Source: Novakomyces olei (Eukaryota). Taken from it: DNA of 64,000 nucleotides. The stretch is taken from the NCBI GenBank assembly GCA_016906335.1, contig JADEYG010000007.1, positions 930,001-994,000 of the forward strand, in the 5' to 3' direction. Below are positions 29,642 through 42,306 of the stretch, one piece after another (position 1 is the first letter of the stretch; each line of letters starts with the position of its first letter). The translations under genes and the position numbers were made by a program. The notes beneath the pieces were generated by a model. That model had not been told where the DNA came from and ran no database searches. It saw only the letters and a program-made list of their open reading frames with translations.

Positions 29642-29673
<32 letters not shown>

Positions 29674-29680
29674 AAATAAA
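29581..29680. repeat. AT-rich compound microsatellite (TAAAT/TGAAT/TAAA)n
   Basis: Immediately upstream of trm82. Confidence 0.9.
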
Positions 29681-29714
29681 AAGTGCAAAAGCACTCAATT
29701 ATTTTGCGCCGTCA

Positions 29715-31265
29715 ATGGGACATCCTGTGCAGCAATTGGCTGGGCTTGACTCAGGCCGGCTAGCATGTGCCATCGATACTCGGATATACGTAATTGATCA
29801 AGCCAAGGCGGCTTTGCTATCAGAAACGGATCTTTGCAAGGACACGGCGGTCGCTGTGGCTTTAGATACTAATGCGCAAGAAGAAGAAGCTGATGATGAC
29901 GAGCCCAAAATTAATGGTAGTGCGGGTGTAGCAGACAATACGGACGTGCCCCAGAAAGAAGGGTCACAGGGCAAGAAGACTAATGCTGAAAACAAGGGAA
30001 AAAACAATTCAAAATCTGTTTCTGGAAAGGAGAATCCGTCTGTGCCAGTGCCTTTTGTTTCAGCTCTTGCTGCTGCTGGATCCCGACTGGTGTCGGCCAG
30101 TGCAGATAAAATCATACGCGTTTGGACAATTGACCAGCATGGATCTTTAAAGCTACAAAATTCTCGGTAAGATATCAAAATTAGAAAATAATAGAGTAAA
30201 AAGTAAAAAGGCCCATTAACAAATTAGGCGCATCAGCAAACGGATAGCCGTACTAACGGTCGTGCAAGAGCGAAACAAATTACTTGTTGGGGATTTGTCT
30301 GGAGACGTATTTGCTCTTGATTTAGATTCAAACGAGTTTGATGGCCAAAGTCCTATCATTGGACACGTTTCAATGCTTACAGATATCGCCTACTACCCAC
30401 ACGTAGATCGTTCAAAGTCTCTAATAATCACCGCTGATCGAGATGAGCATGTGCGGTCTTCATTCTATACCCATCCTTATGTTATTCACGGCTTCTACCT
30501 CGCTCACACCGAGTTTGTCTCTCGTCTATGTATTGTCCCTCGAGCGACCAGCGCTGGTGCGCCCACAGTACTCGTTACAGCGGGTGGAGATGGAAGGATT
30601 TGTGCATGGGACGTCATTTCAGGTCAGCTATTATCACAGATTGAACTGCCTGCAGACTACCGACTAGATACTGCGACAAGCAGCGGTGGCCGGCCGTATC
30701 ACGCTGTGTCCCACCTAGCTTTGCTGCCAAATACGAGGCTGCTCGTTGTCGGCTTAGAAGGGTAAGAAATTGGTATATTAATTTAAGTGCGCTTTAGCGT
30801 TTTCGATCAAATACCGAATCGCGTTGAAAAATAATAATCGAATAAGCAAACTAACTGTTTAATTAAACGAAAAGAATAGCGCTAATCCATAGTGTTTCTC
30901 GCTTATTGCTTTTGGCGGTTGATGACACTGGTCTATTGAGCCTTAATGGCACTGTTGAAACGGACGGATACGTGCTGGATATCGTGTTCACTACTGGCAA
31001 CGATGCCTCACAATTGCTTGTAGTCGCGCAAATGCCGTTACAGAATACAGATGAATCAGTAGCACCTTCAAGGGTGTACGCTTTGCGCGACGGAGAACTG
31101 CAATCGGACGAGCAACTGCAGACAGCTCTGAATAATCTCTTACAGCCACTAACTGAGAGTGAAGCTAAAAGCAGCAGTAGTAATATGTACAATAGGTTGG
31201 AAACACTTATGCGCAAACGAGCTCCGCGGCATGGTGTGCAAAACGCCGCTGAAGTTTCAAATTGA
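29715..31265 (+). CDS. trm82: tRNA m7G46 methyltransferase WD40 subunit (Trm82/WDR4), 3 exons
   Basis: GDLSGDV, IIGHVSMLTD, IITADRDEHVR, HTEFVS and TAGGDG. Confidence 0.93.
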
Positions 31266-31705
31266 GTTTCCCTAGTCGCTGATCATACGAATGATTTACT
31301 AGTAATTCATCATCGACTCTTACTGTGCTCTTTAATGTTGAATTTAAATATTTTCTTGTCTTTTTAATCCTAGTTACGCTTTTGGCCTATTTATATTTTC
31401 CTTTTAAAATTGACAATATTAGACAATATTTATTATATGTGACCTGCCTATAGTAGAAGAGCACTAGCGCAAGTGTTACAGTTCACTCAAACTATAGTTT
31501 GTCATAGTGACGTTTCCCGCCTAATAGTGTAAACTCAAGCACTCCTTGACATCCATTCGGGAGCACAATAATCCTGCATTTCAATCACTATTCTAGAGCC
31601 GCAGTGAGTCGGTTTGTGATATTATATAGATACATCGGGTTTGGCAAAAAGTCTCCATATTATCAGCATTGCTTTCCAGTATTGCTTTCCTGTCGGCTAT
31701 ATTAA

Positions 31706-31790
31706 ATATCTGCTATATATTAATCGTATCTGCTGTATATTAATCGTTCCGCTATATATTAATCGTTCTGCTATATATTAATTGTGTCTC
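31706..31790. repeat. ~20-bp tandem repeat (CTGCTATATATTAATCGT.) x4
   Basis: Visible upstream of creC. Confidence 0.85.
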
Positions 31791-32097
31791 TGCGCTTATT
31801 TCTCTAATATTATTAGCTATTACGATGGCTATATTCAATCATCCCCCCACCTGGCTGGCGCACTCAAAGACAATCGGGCGGTAGAAGAGACGGATCGTTT
31901 GTGTGTTGAGTGGCATATGTACGAATTGCCTTTATTTTATCTCCACTTTTTTGTTTAATTCAAATTACCTTAACTTTGTCTTTCTCTGCGTACTGATCAA
32001 AGCACAGTTAAAGTGTCCGTCGCTTGGCAATCAATCCCACTCGCAGGGAACTGCGCTTTTGCCTTTCTCTCTTGGATCGTTACACGAAAAACGCACC

Positions 32098-34282
32098 ATG
32101 TTTGTCCCAATCAACACGACGAATATAAACCCGCGAATAACACAGGCGCGTATTGCTCATACAGCGGCAATTGAAGCTCACAACCGAGTTTTCCGACCAC
32201 AAAGCAGCAGTTCCTCTGCCGCTGCTGCTGCCGCTGCCGCTGCTAATGGAGACGACTCGCAGCAGTTACCACCAGAGTCCTGTTTCCTGTCCAGCGAGGG
32301 CACTTATACTCTGCGTGAACGAATCCATGTGGCTATTCCTCCTCAGCATCCGAACGATATATCTTCACAGCCGCCGAACGCTCTTGAAATTTCAGATCGG
32401 CCAATGTCGCGAGGCTGCCAGATCAGTCTCGCGACTGTAGCGCGTGAGGATACTACGTCATTGCTACACCGCGGATCGGATGGGGCTACAACAGCAACGG
32501 CTTCTGCAGCAGCCGCTGCTGCCGCTGCAGGATCTAATAATATGGGAGCTTTAGCAGAGAATTTATCGGACTCTCTCTCTTTTTCCGACGATGGGCGGCA
32601 AGAGCCTGAGGAAGCGTACCCGAGTACTGCAGGTCTGTCGGGCGCAGTTGGATTGTCGGGTCGGGCTATGGATAATACTACACCAACGTCGAAACGGAAA
32701 AAACCGAAAAACAAGCTTACAAACACGAGCTCGAGCTATGTTTCCCGTATTATTCACCATCGAGACTTTGTCAAGAAACTGGCAGAGCGCGACGTTCACG
32801 ACGTATACATGATCACCAATACTTTGCGTGCTCTTAACTGGATCGATGTCTCCCTGTCTGATACAGTGCCGAGCGACGAGGAGTCAATGTCTCGCGTACT
32901 CTTCACCCGTTCCTCGCCTTTGTCCCATCATATCAACCCTCTGACCAAGGACGCAACCCATTTGGATGTTATTATTGGGTTTGCTTCGGGTGATTTTTTT
33001 TGGTATGATCCAATAACGTCAAAGTATAAACGCATGAACAAGCAGGTACGTGGTACAATTTAGAGATTATTCAACACCCTTTTACACTTATTTTGGCCAT
33101 ATGGCTTTACTTTGTCTTGTGTTTGCCATAGTTTGTGTTCCTGATTATTTGCTAATAATAGGCGGCTATCTGTGGGAGTCCTGTTGTGCAGGTCCGTTGG
33201 ATGCCGCGATCCGAGTCGCGGTTTATGGCGGCGTTTGAGAATGGCTTATTGGCAGTTTTTGACAAGGATAAAGATGATCCAAGCAACAGTGCGTTTGGGG
33301 ATAGTCTAAAAAGGCCTCGAGAAAGTTCGTTTCAAGTAGTCCTCTCGCACCAGTCAAAGCCGGGCAAGACGAACCCTGTGGCTGCTTATTGGGCGTCCAC
33401 AGCCTGTGTAAACGCTTTTGCTTTTGATCCCTCCTGCACGATGTTGGCTACCGTAGACGAGCTAGGATTATTACAGATTATAGACTGGCGGACAGAGACG
33501 GTTACCGACGTGTTTTCCACTTATTATGGAGGTCTGAATTGCGTTTGCTGGTCGCCTGATGGGCAGTATATTTTGGTAAGTCCGCATTTCTATACAATGC
33601 AATCCAATTCATGTTTTCAACATGGATTTTAGTGCAATATTTTTTTTCCCCAACTGCTTGTGCTATCAATTATGTTTCAAGACATATTTCGTATTTAGAT
33701 ACATTATCTTGTATTTCTTATTATATATTATTCTTCGCCATTTTCTACTATTCTGTTTCTCAGCACTAATTTCAGACTGGCGGGCAGGACGATATTGTAT
33801 CAATTTGGTCGGTAACGCAAAAGCGGCTGATTGCACGATGTGAAGGGCATCAGTCGTGGGTTCGAGGCGTGGCCTTCGACGAATGGCGGTGCGGGCACCG
33901 TCATTATCGGTTTGGCAGCGTTGGTGACGACGGAAGGCTTTTGCTTTGGGACTTCGGTCCTGGAGCTGTACAAAAACTGAAGCCAAGCAGGTCGATGACA
34001 GCTCTGGCTGGAACGGATGGCCGTTTGCGGCGTACAGGCACAGACAGTTCTAATGGGTCATTGGATGGGTCTCCGTATTATGCGCACCAGCAACGTTCTG
34101 TGCAGCACACGCGTCCACATGTTCATCGGGTTGCTTCGCGCTCAGATACTGTGGTAATGTACCCCGTCGTTTCGAAAGAGATAGACGGAGATCCACTGGA
34201 GAATATTATATTTCGCCCTGAGGCTATTTACTTGTCGAGCAAGAACGGGCACGTATCAATTTGGAACCGGCCAGACAGGTGA
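32098..34282 (+). CDS. creC: WD40 catabolite-repression protein CreC / WDR20 / Bun62
   Basis: EGTYTL, KRKKPKNKLTNTSSSYVSR, LDVIIGFASGD, YYGGLNCVCWSPDG, TGGQDD, GHQSWV and YRFGSVGDDGRLLLWDF. Introns at 33046-33161 and 33576-33776. Confidence 0.93.
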
Positions 34283-34993
34283 AGTGTATATACTGTAAAC
34301 GCGTAGCAACCAGGCTTGAGTATTATTAGTGTATAAAGCGACGAGAGACTGCTGGAGAAGGGTGGAAAGGCGGCTGGCTAATTCGAGGCGGGACTGGTGT
34401 ATATAATTTATACATATTAAACTTTATCCTACAGTCTCAGTTTCGCCAATCACTAGCCCACCCTTGGTACATATTAATTGTTTTATTAAATATTTATCCT
34501 GTCAATTATTAATATAATTCTGTCAATTATTAGTATAATCCTATTAAATTTTCTCTGAATAATTGATTAATTATAAATCAATTGGCAATTTATATGAGCC
34601 CCCTCAATATGTATATTTATCAAAAAGTCTTGTATATCTGCGCGCTACACATACCTTTGAGTGTCTTTCCTTTTATGCCGAGAGTATATAATAAATGTGC
34701 CATACCTTATTACATGTGCGAGTAGTCGCGCTATAACATTAGCACTCTGCTAACGGCACAGCAGTATTGCACAATTTAATATATGGTTAAATACTCATAG
34801 TAGTGTGTAGCCACATCGATCGACTAATTCGATGTGCAAAAAATCCTGAAACATTCGCCATACATTTTTCGAATAATCATAAAATCAGAGCGGTGCAGAG
34901 ATCTGGGACTCTGGACGGCAGTAGTGCCTCGCGCAGGGAAGCACTTGCACGCATTAACGGCCACAGTGCCATATTGACAACACTGCGACAAGA

Positions 34994-37023
34994 ATGAATG
35001 TGTTGAGTAGAGGCAGCTCAAGTGTGGCGTCACTATTCGACATTCGGTAAGCTTTGGGCGCAAGTACCGTGTGCCATTCACACAAGTCTCTAACCCGTTT
35101 CACGATAAATAGAATTTCCTCGTCGGATCGCGATGTTGTACTACTACGGGGCACGAATGCCGATGACACGGCTCTCCTATCGGGATCTGTGGTCCTGTCT
35201 GTTGTGGAGCCGATAACAGTGAAAAACATTACGTTAAAGCTCTATGGCACTCTGAGCGTACAGTACGTTGAGCCAAATCGCGGCAGTAATCGCTAACAGG
35301 ATAGCTGGCACGAGACGATAACTACAAGCTCACGCGCCCAAACACAGCGAACACAAAAGCAGGAGCAGAATATATACGAGCACACTTGGTCGTTTCTGCC
35401 CACTGGACACAGCAAGACGTTTGGGATCGGAAACTATGAGTATCCGTTTGAAGTCAACCTTCCGGGGAGTATGTGTCGTCCGTTGAATCTTTTTTCTGTT
35501 TTTTGTTTTTGTTTCTGTTTTGGTTTTTCTATTTTCTATTTTCTATTTTCTATTTTCTATTTTCTATTTTTTTGTCTACTTTTAGATACTAATTCCAGAT
35601 ATCGCCGAGTCTGTGGAGGGCGTTGAAGGCGGCCAGGTATCTTACCGGCTGAAAGCAGTCGTTGAACGGTCCGGGTTTGCACAAAACTTGGTGAAACGAA
35701 AGCATTTACGAATAATTAGGGCCGTTTCCCCTGACGCTATTGAGGTTTCGCAAACAATGGTGAGTTTGCTAGAGCGTTGCACTTGTCACGACTAACATAG
35801 TGTAGAGCGTGGAAAACACGTGGCCCAACAAGCTCGAGTACAATATAAACATTCCGACAAAAGCGTACTCCATCGGCACAGGAATCCCTATAAACATTCT
35901 CATGATGCCGCTCATGAAAAACATTTCTATCCCCAAAATTGTGGTTGTACTCAAAGAGTACATAACCCTGAATGTATCACACGGCTACCACGGACTCCCC
36001 GCACATCGTGAGCAATCGCGGACGGTCAAAACACTGCGGGTGGAGAGCTTGAACAATGACACGGATCAGTGGGAAGTTCACAAGTATATGGAGCTGCCAC
36101 GGTCTCTCTCCGAGTGCACACAGGACATCGAGCTAGAGCGTATCAAAGTCCGGCACAAGCTCAAGTTTACAGTGAGCATTCGTAACCCGGACGGTCATAT
36201 TTCAGAATTACGGGCAGCTTTGCCCGTAATTCTTATTATTCCACCAAACTTGTTTGGCGATAACTCTGCCGGTATGAGCGAGTATAACCAGTTTGACCCG
36301 GAAAACCAGTTGCCGAGCTATGAGAACAGCGTGTACGATCGACTATGGGATGGGCTGAGGTACACTGAGACTCCACTGGCTTCAGGAGCCGCTACTCCGA
36401 TTGGACCTTCGAGTCGAAGAAACTCCTTCACCGGCGAACCAGATCAGTCCGGCCCGATGGACTCACACGGCCGGCGGCTCATGTCGGGACTGGAAGCCCT
36501 GCAAGCAAGCCAGCAGAGACGCGATGGCCAGACTGCTGCTGCTGGAGGAGCAGTTTCTCCTCTACCAGGCCATGGACCTGAGACAGACTATTTCTCTTCG
36601 CACCAGCAACCGCATGCGCCTTTCCATAACCCCGAGTCTACTCAAAGCCACCCTGCCAGTCCGAGCAGGACCCCGGAGCACAGTATGCAGATCCCTAGGA
36701 ATCTGAGTGAGAATGATATGGAACAGCTCTGCAAAGTACCGTCTTATGGTCAGGCTAATAGGGTCAATCCCCTTTCCATGGCTCCTTTGGCTCACGGATT
36801 GCCCAGCTACGACGATGTCACCCGGCTCAATCAGAGCCAGCCTTCAACGCCTATGGAACCCGTTCATCAGGAACACCGTGGAACGCCGAGCTCGGCTGCC
36901 TCTTCTTCGTCTAATCTTGGTGGACTGCCGTCTCGGCCACCGGCAGCGCGTATAAACAGCGTACGCAGTTTCGACGCGTTCCGTCGGTCCGCGCGTCTTG
37001 GTAATAACTCGGGCCACCGATGA
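34994..37023 (+). CDS. creD: Alpha-arrestin Rsp5 adaptor CreD/Rod1
   Basis: LFDIR..DVVLLRG, GNYEYPF..LPGD.AESVEG, ENTWPNKLEY and HKLKF...NPDGHISELRAALP, plus the PY-like motifs LPSY, VPSY and LPSY. Four introns. Confidence 0.93.
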
Positions 37024-37221
37024 ATGGAGGTTTTATTTATTTATTTATACATATATATATCTATATATCTATATGATAGAATAGCATAATGTTTATAATT
37101 GGGTCGGTTTCGAACAGTAAACGATAGTGATAGCCACGACACGGGAAAGCGTACGTCACGAATAGCCTGTTTTACGTGTTGTTTGAATAATGCTGTTTAT
37201 TTGTTTTTAATAAATATGCGT

Positions 37222-38679
37222 TTAAAGTACTCGTTCAACTCTAAGAGCCTCTACCAATGCGCAAACAGTCTCGTCTGAAACCCCGTACTCGTGCTCAGCA
37301 GCAGGAAACTGCCGCCCTTTAACCTCGCGCACATAATCAGCGATAGCCGAATGCTGAAGAGCGCCAATGCGGGCAAACTGCTTTGAAAATTTAGGTACAA
37401 ATCGATCATAAACCCCGAGCATATCGTTCTGCACAAGCACTTGGCCCGCGCAGTCGCCACCGGCTCCAATACCAATAAACGGCAGTGGCACATTCGCAGT
37501 GAGCAGTTTAGCAATACGCGCTGGTACCGCTTCTACCACGGCCGCAAACACGCCTGCTTCCAGAAGCGCCCGAGCATCTTGCACTAGGGATTTGGCCTGT
37601 TTTGTCAGTATGCGAAGACAGGCTGGAATATAAACGAGAACAAATAGCACTTGACAAGAGATAGCAATCAAACTTAAACAAGCCCTAGCAAATACAGAAT
37701 AAATGAAAAGACGTTTATAAATAATAAATAATAAATAATAAATAATAAATAATAAATAATAATAAATAATAAATAATAAATAATATATTAATAACCAAAA
37801 TCAAACTGGCAAACCAAAAGACTAGACCAAACTTACAGCACCGACAGTCTTGCCCTGGACACGAAACCCGCCGATGGTATGAGAGTGCTGGGGCAAAAGA
37901 CCAATGTGCCCCATAACAGGGATACCCGCATTGACCAGAGTCTGAACAGTCTCTGCACGAGCACGGCCTCCTTCTAACTTTACTGCGTCCACTGGAGCCT
38001 GCTGCATTATTTGAACAGCAGAGGCCAGAGCCTGTGCCGGTGAGGATTCATACGAGCCAAAAGGCAGGTCGACCACAATCATGGCTGCACCATGAGCTCG
38101 AGCACGGCACACCGCCTTTGCATGGTGAATCATGTCCCCCAGCGTAACATGCATAGTAGTGTCGTAGCCCAGGGCAACCATCCCCAGCGAATCGCCTACA
38201 AGGACGAGATCCACGCCGGCTCTCTGTGCGTACAGTCCCGACGGATAGTCGTGGGCAGTCAGGCAGGCAACAGGCTCACCCGATCTGAACATACGGTCGA
38301 TATCCCGCACAGTTCGCCGCCGGAGAGGCTGCTTGTTGCCATAGGGCGAAGCCAGCGTCTCGTCAGGCAGCTTGCTTGCCTGAGCGTCTACCGCTCTTGT
38401 CCCAAGGTCGGGACCTTGGGCGGCCACTGCCGAGTCTGCTGCGGAGTCTGCTGCAGCCGGTTTGGCTAGAGGTGAATAGAATCGGGCTCCAGTCACCGAG
38501 GGATCATGTAGTGCCGCGCCAGCGACTTGCAGACTGCCGCTGTACGTATCTGCCGTCCGCTTGCTGGCACAGCAAATCCGTCGTGTTTGAGCCGTAAAAG
38601 GCGGCAGCTTTTGGCTTGCGTAAGCGCTCTGCCGAACGCGGCTCGCTGCCGCTATTGCCGAGCGTGATGGCCGCGCCAT
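37222..38679 (-). CDS. ecm31: Ketopantoate hydroxymethyltransferase (PanB), mitochondrial, 2 exons
   Basis: LTAHD, LVGDSLGM, DLPFGSYE, VKLEGG, VMGHIGLLPQ and IGIGAG..CAGQVLV. The intron contains (TTTATTA)n. Confidence 0.96.
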
Positions 38680-38800
38680 TGACTTGTCCAGATTTCCTCA
38701 TGTGGTCATGTCGCAGGTATTACATTAATATTCGTTGTAATAACGGAAAATGTTTTTTTGGTGCAAAGGATAGATTTTTTAATACTAGATTTGCTGGTAT

Positions 38801-38859
38801 TTAGGGTTAGTAAATAAATGTCAGGTTTAGGAAAGTAACCCTAACCCTAACCCTAACCA
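38801..38859. promoter_or_regulatory. Telo-box (TTAGGG/CCCTAA) cluster in the divergent ecm31/gid8 promoter
   Basis: TTAGGGTTAG at 38801 and TAACCCTAACCCTAACCCTAACC at 38837. Confidence 0.6.
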
Positions 38860-39067
38860 TCGCCTTGGAGGATTTTGGCTTTTGCTATAACGCGATTACT
38901 GTAAACTAGCTGTGTCAAATAATATCATTAATATCATTGATATTATAACCAATTAAAAAGGCAAATATACTAGCAATTTTCTGGAGAAATGTAATCCTAT
39001 ACATTAACGTAAAAAACCCTAAATCAACTATAAAAGATCCAAAATTTCACAGGAAAGGCCATAGCCC

Positions 39068-40287
39068 ATGGCAGAATCGCGATATTCGCGAACTGCCCAC
39101 GGTGTACTGGTCTCTTCCGGTTCAGGTACACAGTTTTCCTCTATGTCTGGTCTTCGCGGCTCTCCGGCGGCAGAGAACGGCTCTGCTGAAGCAAGCACCG
39201 GCACCGGCACCGCAGTTACTGCCGGAACTACTATTGGAGCCGCAGAGTGGAATACCCTACTGGACCATGTCTCCATTGCTAAAAGGTCTTTGCCTTTTCA
39301 TTTTTGTTATTTTTCTATGGCTTAATGGATGCGATATGGCTACGCGGTGATGTTAAAAACAAGCAATGGGAATCTCTCTGAATCTGCCAATGCAGACGAG
39401 TGTTGACAAAGCTTAGGACACCTCTGAGTGTGGTCTTTTCAATGTTCCATCTTGATTTCGTATTGCCTTTTCTAACTTTTACTAGTGATCTCAACGCGGT
39501 TGTTCTCAACTTTTTGATAGTCGAGGGCTATGAGGCGGCAGCCCGGGAGTTTGCCAAGGAAACTGGCCTCGCTGTGCCCGTGTCTATGGCCTGCATTGAA
39601 GAACGCATGGCTATACGTGCAGCCATTCTAGGTGGCCGAATTGACACTGCAATCGAGCTGATTAACGATTTTAACCCTGAAGTAAGCCTTTTTAATTTAA
39701 TTTAATTTTATTCTGTTTAGTCGTGTTTGGCAATGATGATCTCGGTATCATGCACCACTCTCAGCACACCTTGTGCATTGAGGAGAGCAATTCACCTTTA
39801 AATATCTCGAGCCGTAAAACACGATTTTTAAATAATTATTATGTGTATTTCTCTTGCTAACGTTCAGCTACTGGATACAAACAGCACATTGTATTTCCAA
39901 TTGCTTCGGCTGCAGCTTATTGAACTCATACGCAAGACGCTTACAAACGGCAATGAGTTGAATGATGTTACCCCCTGCCTAGATTTTGCCATGAAAAACC
40001 TTGCAACTCGGGCTCCGTCAGAGCCTGGATTCCTGCAAGATCTCGAACAGACTATGGCATTGCTATGCTTCCCGCCGGATGCCATTGCCCCCCAGCTGGT
40101 TCATTTACTGCAACCTGATCTGAGGCGCGTAGTAGCTAATGAGGTCAATGCGACCCTCCTAATGTCGCTTGGCGAACGGGACGAATCTGCCCTAAAGGGA
40201 CTCGTCCAGCTTTGGGATTGGGGTGAGCGACGTTTGCGAGAGGAAAAGGTTGAATTTCCGGGATTACGGCTTTGTGGGGATGGTTGA
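39068..40287 (+). CDS. gid8: GID/CTLH E3 ligase subunit Gid8 (LisH-CTLH-CRA), 3 exons
   Basis: DLNAVVLNFLIVEGY..AA..FAKE, IR.AI..G.ID.AIE.IN and LYFQLLRLQLIELIR. Introns at 39286-39485 and 39682-39868. Confidence 0.93.
39342..39432 (+). ncRNA. Intronic box C/D snoRNA, double guide (U79-type and U58-type)
   Basis: Box C GTGATGT at 39347, guide TGGGAATCTC then D' CTGA at 39378, C' TGTTGA, guide CTTAGGACACCT then D CTGA at 39424. Terminal stem GGCTACGC/GTGTGGTC. Confidence 0.88.
39728..39815 (+). ncRNA. Intronic box C/D snoRNA, snR40/U32A-type (18S Gm)
   Basis: Box C ATGATGA at 39733, guide CATGCACCAC then variant D' CTCA, C' TGAGGA, variant D TCGA. Flanking stem TCGTGTTT-GGC / GCC...AAACACGA. 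Confidence 0.7.
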
Positions 40288-40639
40288 TGACGTTTGCATT
40301 GACATATTGCTTTTTAGGGTTTAGGGAGCGTTTGGGTTTGTTTTGCTACAGATCTTTTGGTCTAGATTTATGAATAATGATATCGTTAAAAAGGCTTTCT
40401 TGGGTTTTGAGCGTTTGGAAATAGTTGTGTAATATTGCAGATACGTTTGTACTTGTAAAAATCCTCAATTTATGGCGAAAGACGTGCAAACATGTTTTGT
40501 ACTCATACTTCAAAAAGTTTTGTTTTTATATTAAATTCAAATGCTATAAATGCCGGATGTATCGAATATTTGTATAGCTCTTTATCTTCACTTCATGCTC
40601 TTTTGTTTTATCCAACTTTATCTTATTCTGCTTTGGTTC

Positions 40640-42092
40640 TTATTCTGCTTTGGCAGCAAGCCGTGATCCTTGAACACTGGCCTTATCAATCCCACTCCAG
40701 CGCCTTGCAAGCCAGTAAAGTCGCACCGGTAGAGCACGCATGAGAGGAAGCAAACGTGCGTAAAAGGGCATAGCGATCAGTGTGCCGTTTGGTGCAGTGG
40801 GCAGAGCGTCTAATAAAACCTGGGCCACGTTTTGTGGAGTCAATTCCGGCGCCAAAGTAAGAGCAGGCGTCCTAAAAGTAGAAAACAGTTTTGTACCATG
40901 CATTTGACCCAGAACTGCACAAAGAGATCGGATATTGCACTTTGCCATATCCAGCTCACCAGCGAGGCTTTCATGCATTGCAAGCACAGCTGCCTTGCTC
41001 GCACAGTATTCGCCTATATGTTAGGCTGTGATAGATAGGCGGAGAGCGACGTGTGAAACAGATTAAACAGGATTAAACAGATTTGACAGATTTGACAAAT
41101 TAAACAGAATGAACAGATTAAACAGAATTAACTGAACTAACAGAATTAACTGAACTAACAGAATTAACTGAACTAACAGAATTAACTGAACTAACAGAAT
41201 TAACTGAACTAACAGAATTAACTGAACGGAATTAACTGAATTAACGGAACTAAAATAAAGATAAAGTAAAAGTGAAGATGAAACCACAGATAAACGAGTA
41301 CGCCGCTATGTCATTATACAATACTCATACCCAGGTAAGCGGCTCCAATGTGGGCAAGGGAGGAGGATACAGACAAGATAACGGAACTATCGCGAGACGG
41401 TTGGGCGCGCATGTGCGGCAGTAGTGCACGCACAAGCCGCACATAAGCAAACAAGTTGACGGAAAAAGTACTGCCAATTAGAGTCATTGTCGTAAAATGG
41501 CTTACTTTTCAAGCACCGTATCGCTCTCTGATAAGGGCAAAAACATTGAACGCATGGGCGCAACTGCGGCATTGTTTATGACTACAGTTGGGATACCGAC
41601 CTGAGCACTGTATTAGTAATTGTGTGATTCAAGGCGGCAAGAAGAAAGCATAAACTGAACTAAAATCAAATAGATATAGGCTCTAAATGCAAAGCTAGTC
41701 TTTAGACTTATTGGCAGGTGTATAAAAAGCACGTTAGCTCCACGTACCTTTCTCACTACTTGTGCTGCCACATCGTATAGCTGCTCAGCATTAGAAACGT
41801 CACACGAGAAAAAGTGGAGGCCATGTTGGTCATCGGGGTCTTTCATCGGTACGCGGTCAATCACCACGACTTGAGCTCCACGCGCCCGCAATTCAGAGAC
41901 CAATTCAGCGCCGAGGCCACTGGAGCCGCCCGTGACAACAGCCAACTGCCGCGACCAAAACTCGGGCGAGGGCCGTCGGGCCAAAAGGCCCAGGGAGAGC
42001 ATTATAAGGAACAGTAGCAAGCATAGCACCACGAGAAATATAAAAGAAACCACCAGCAGTAAAGAGATCAGGGGCAACAAGAGCAATGGCAT
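40640..42092 (-). CDS. Membrane-anchored short-chain dehydrogenase/reductase (Tda5/RDH10-like), 4 exons
   Basis: N-terminal transmembrane segment, VVTGGSSGLG, CDVS, VINNAA and the catalytic YCASK after splicing. Confidence 0.9.
41062..41250. repeat. Intronic minisatellite, 18-bp unit AACAGAATTAACTGAACT x~6 plus degenerate 9-10-mers
   Basis: Visible inside the last SDR intron. Confidence 0.95.
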
Positions 42093-42306
42093 TGTTGAAA
42101 AGTTTTTGAGCGGCTACATTTAAGCAGCGGCTCAATACAAGTGAAACATTTCGTTAAAGTTCAGGGTGCAGCAGTGAAAGGATAGAGACGCTAGTGGTTA
42201 TGTTGAGTGGCAAGCTATTAATCAAGACTAGCCTCTGCTTACGCTACTACATACAATATACCATTTAAACCCTAAAATATCTATAAAACCCTAACTAATC
42301 CTAACC

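Noticed and set aside
41062-41250. CRISPR-like array
   Set aside because: Direct tandem repeats with no spacers, inside a eukaryotic intron.
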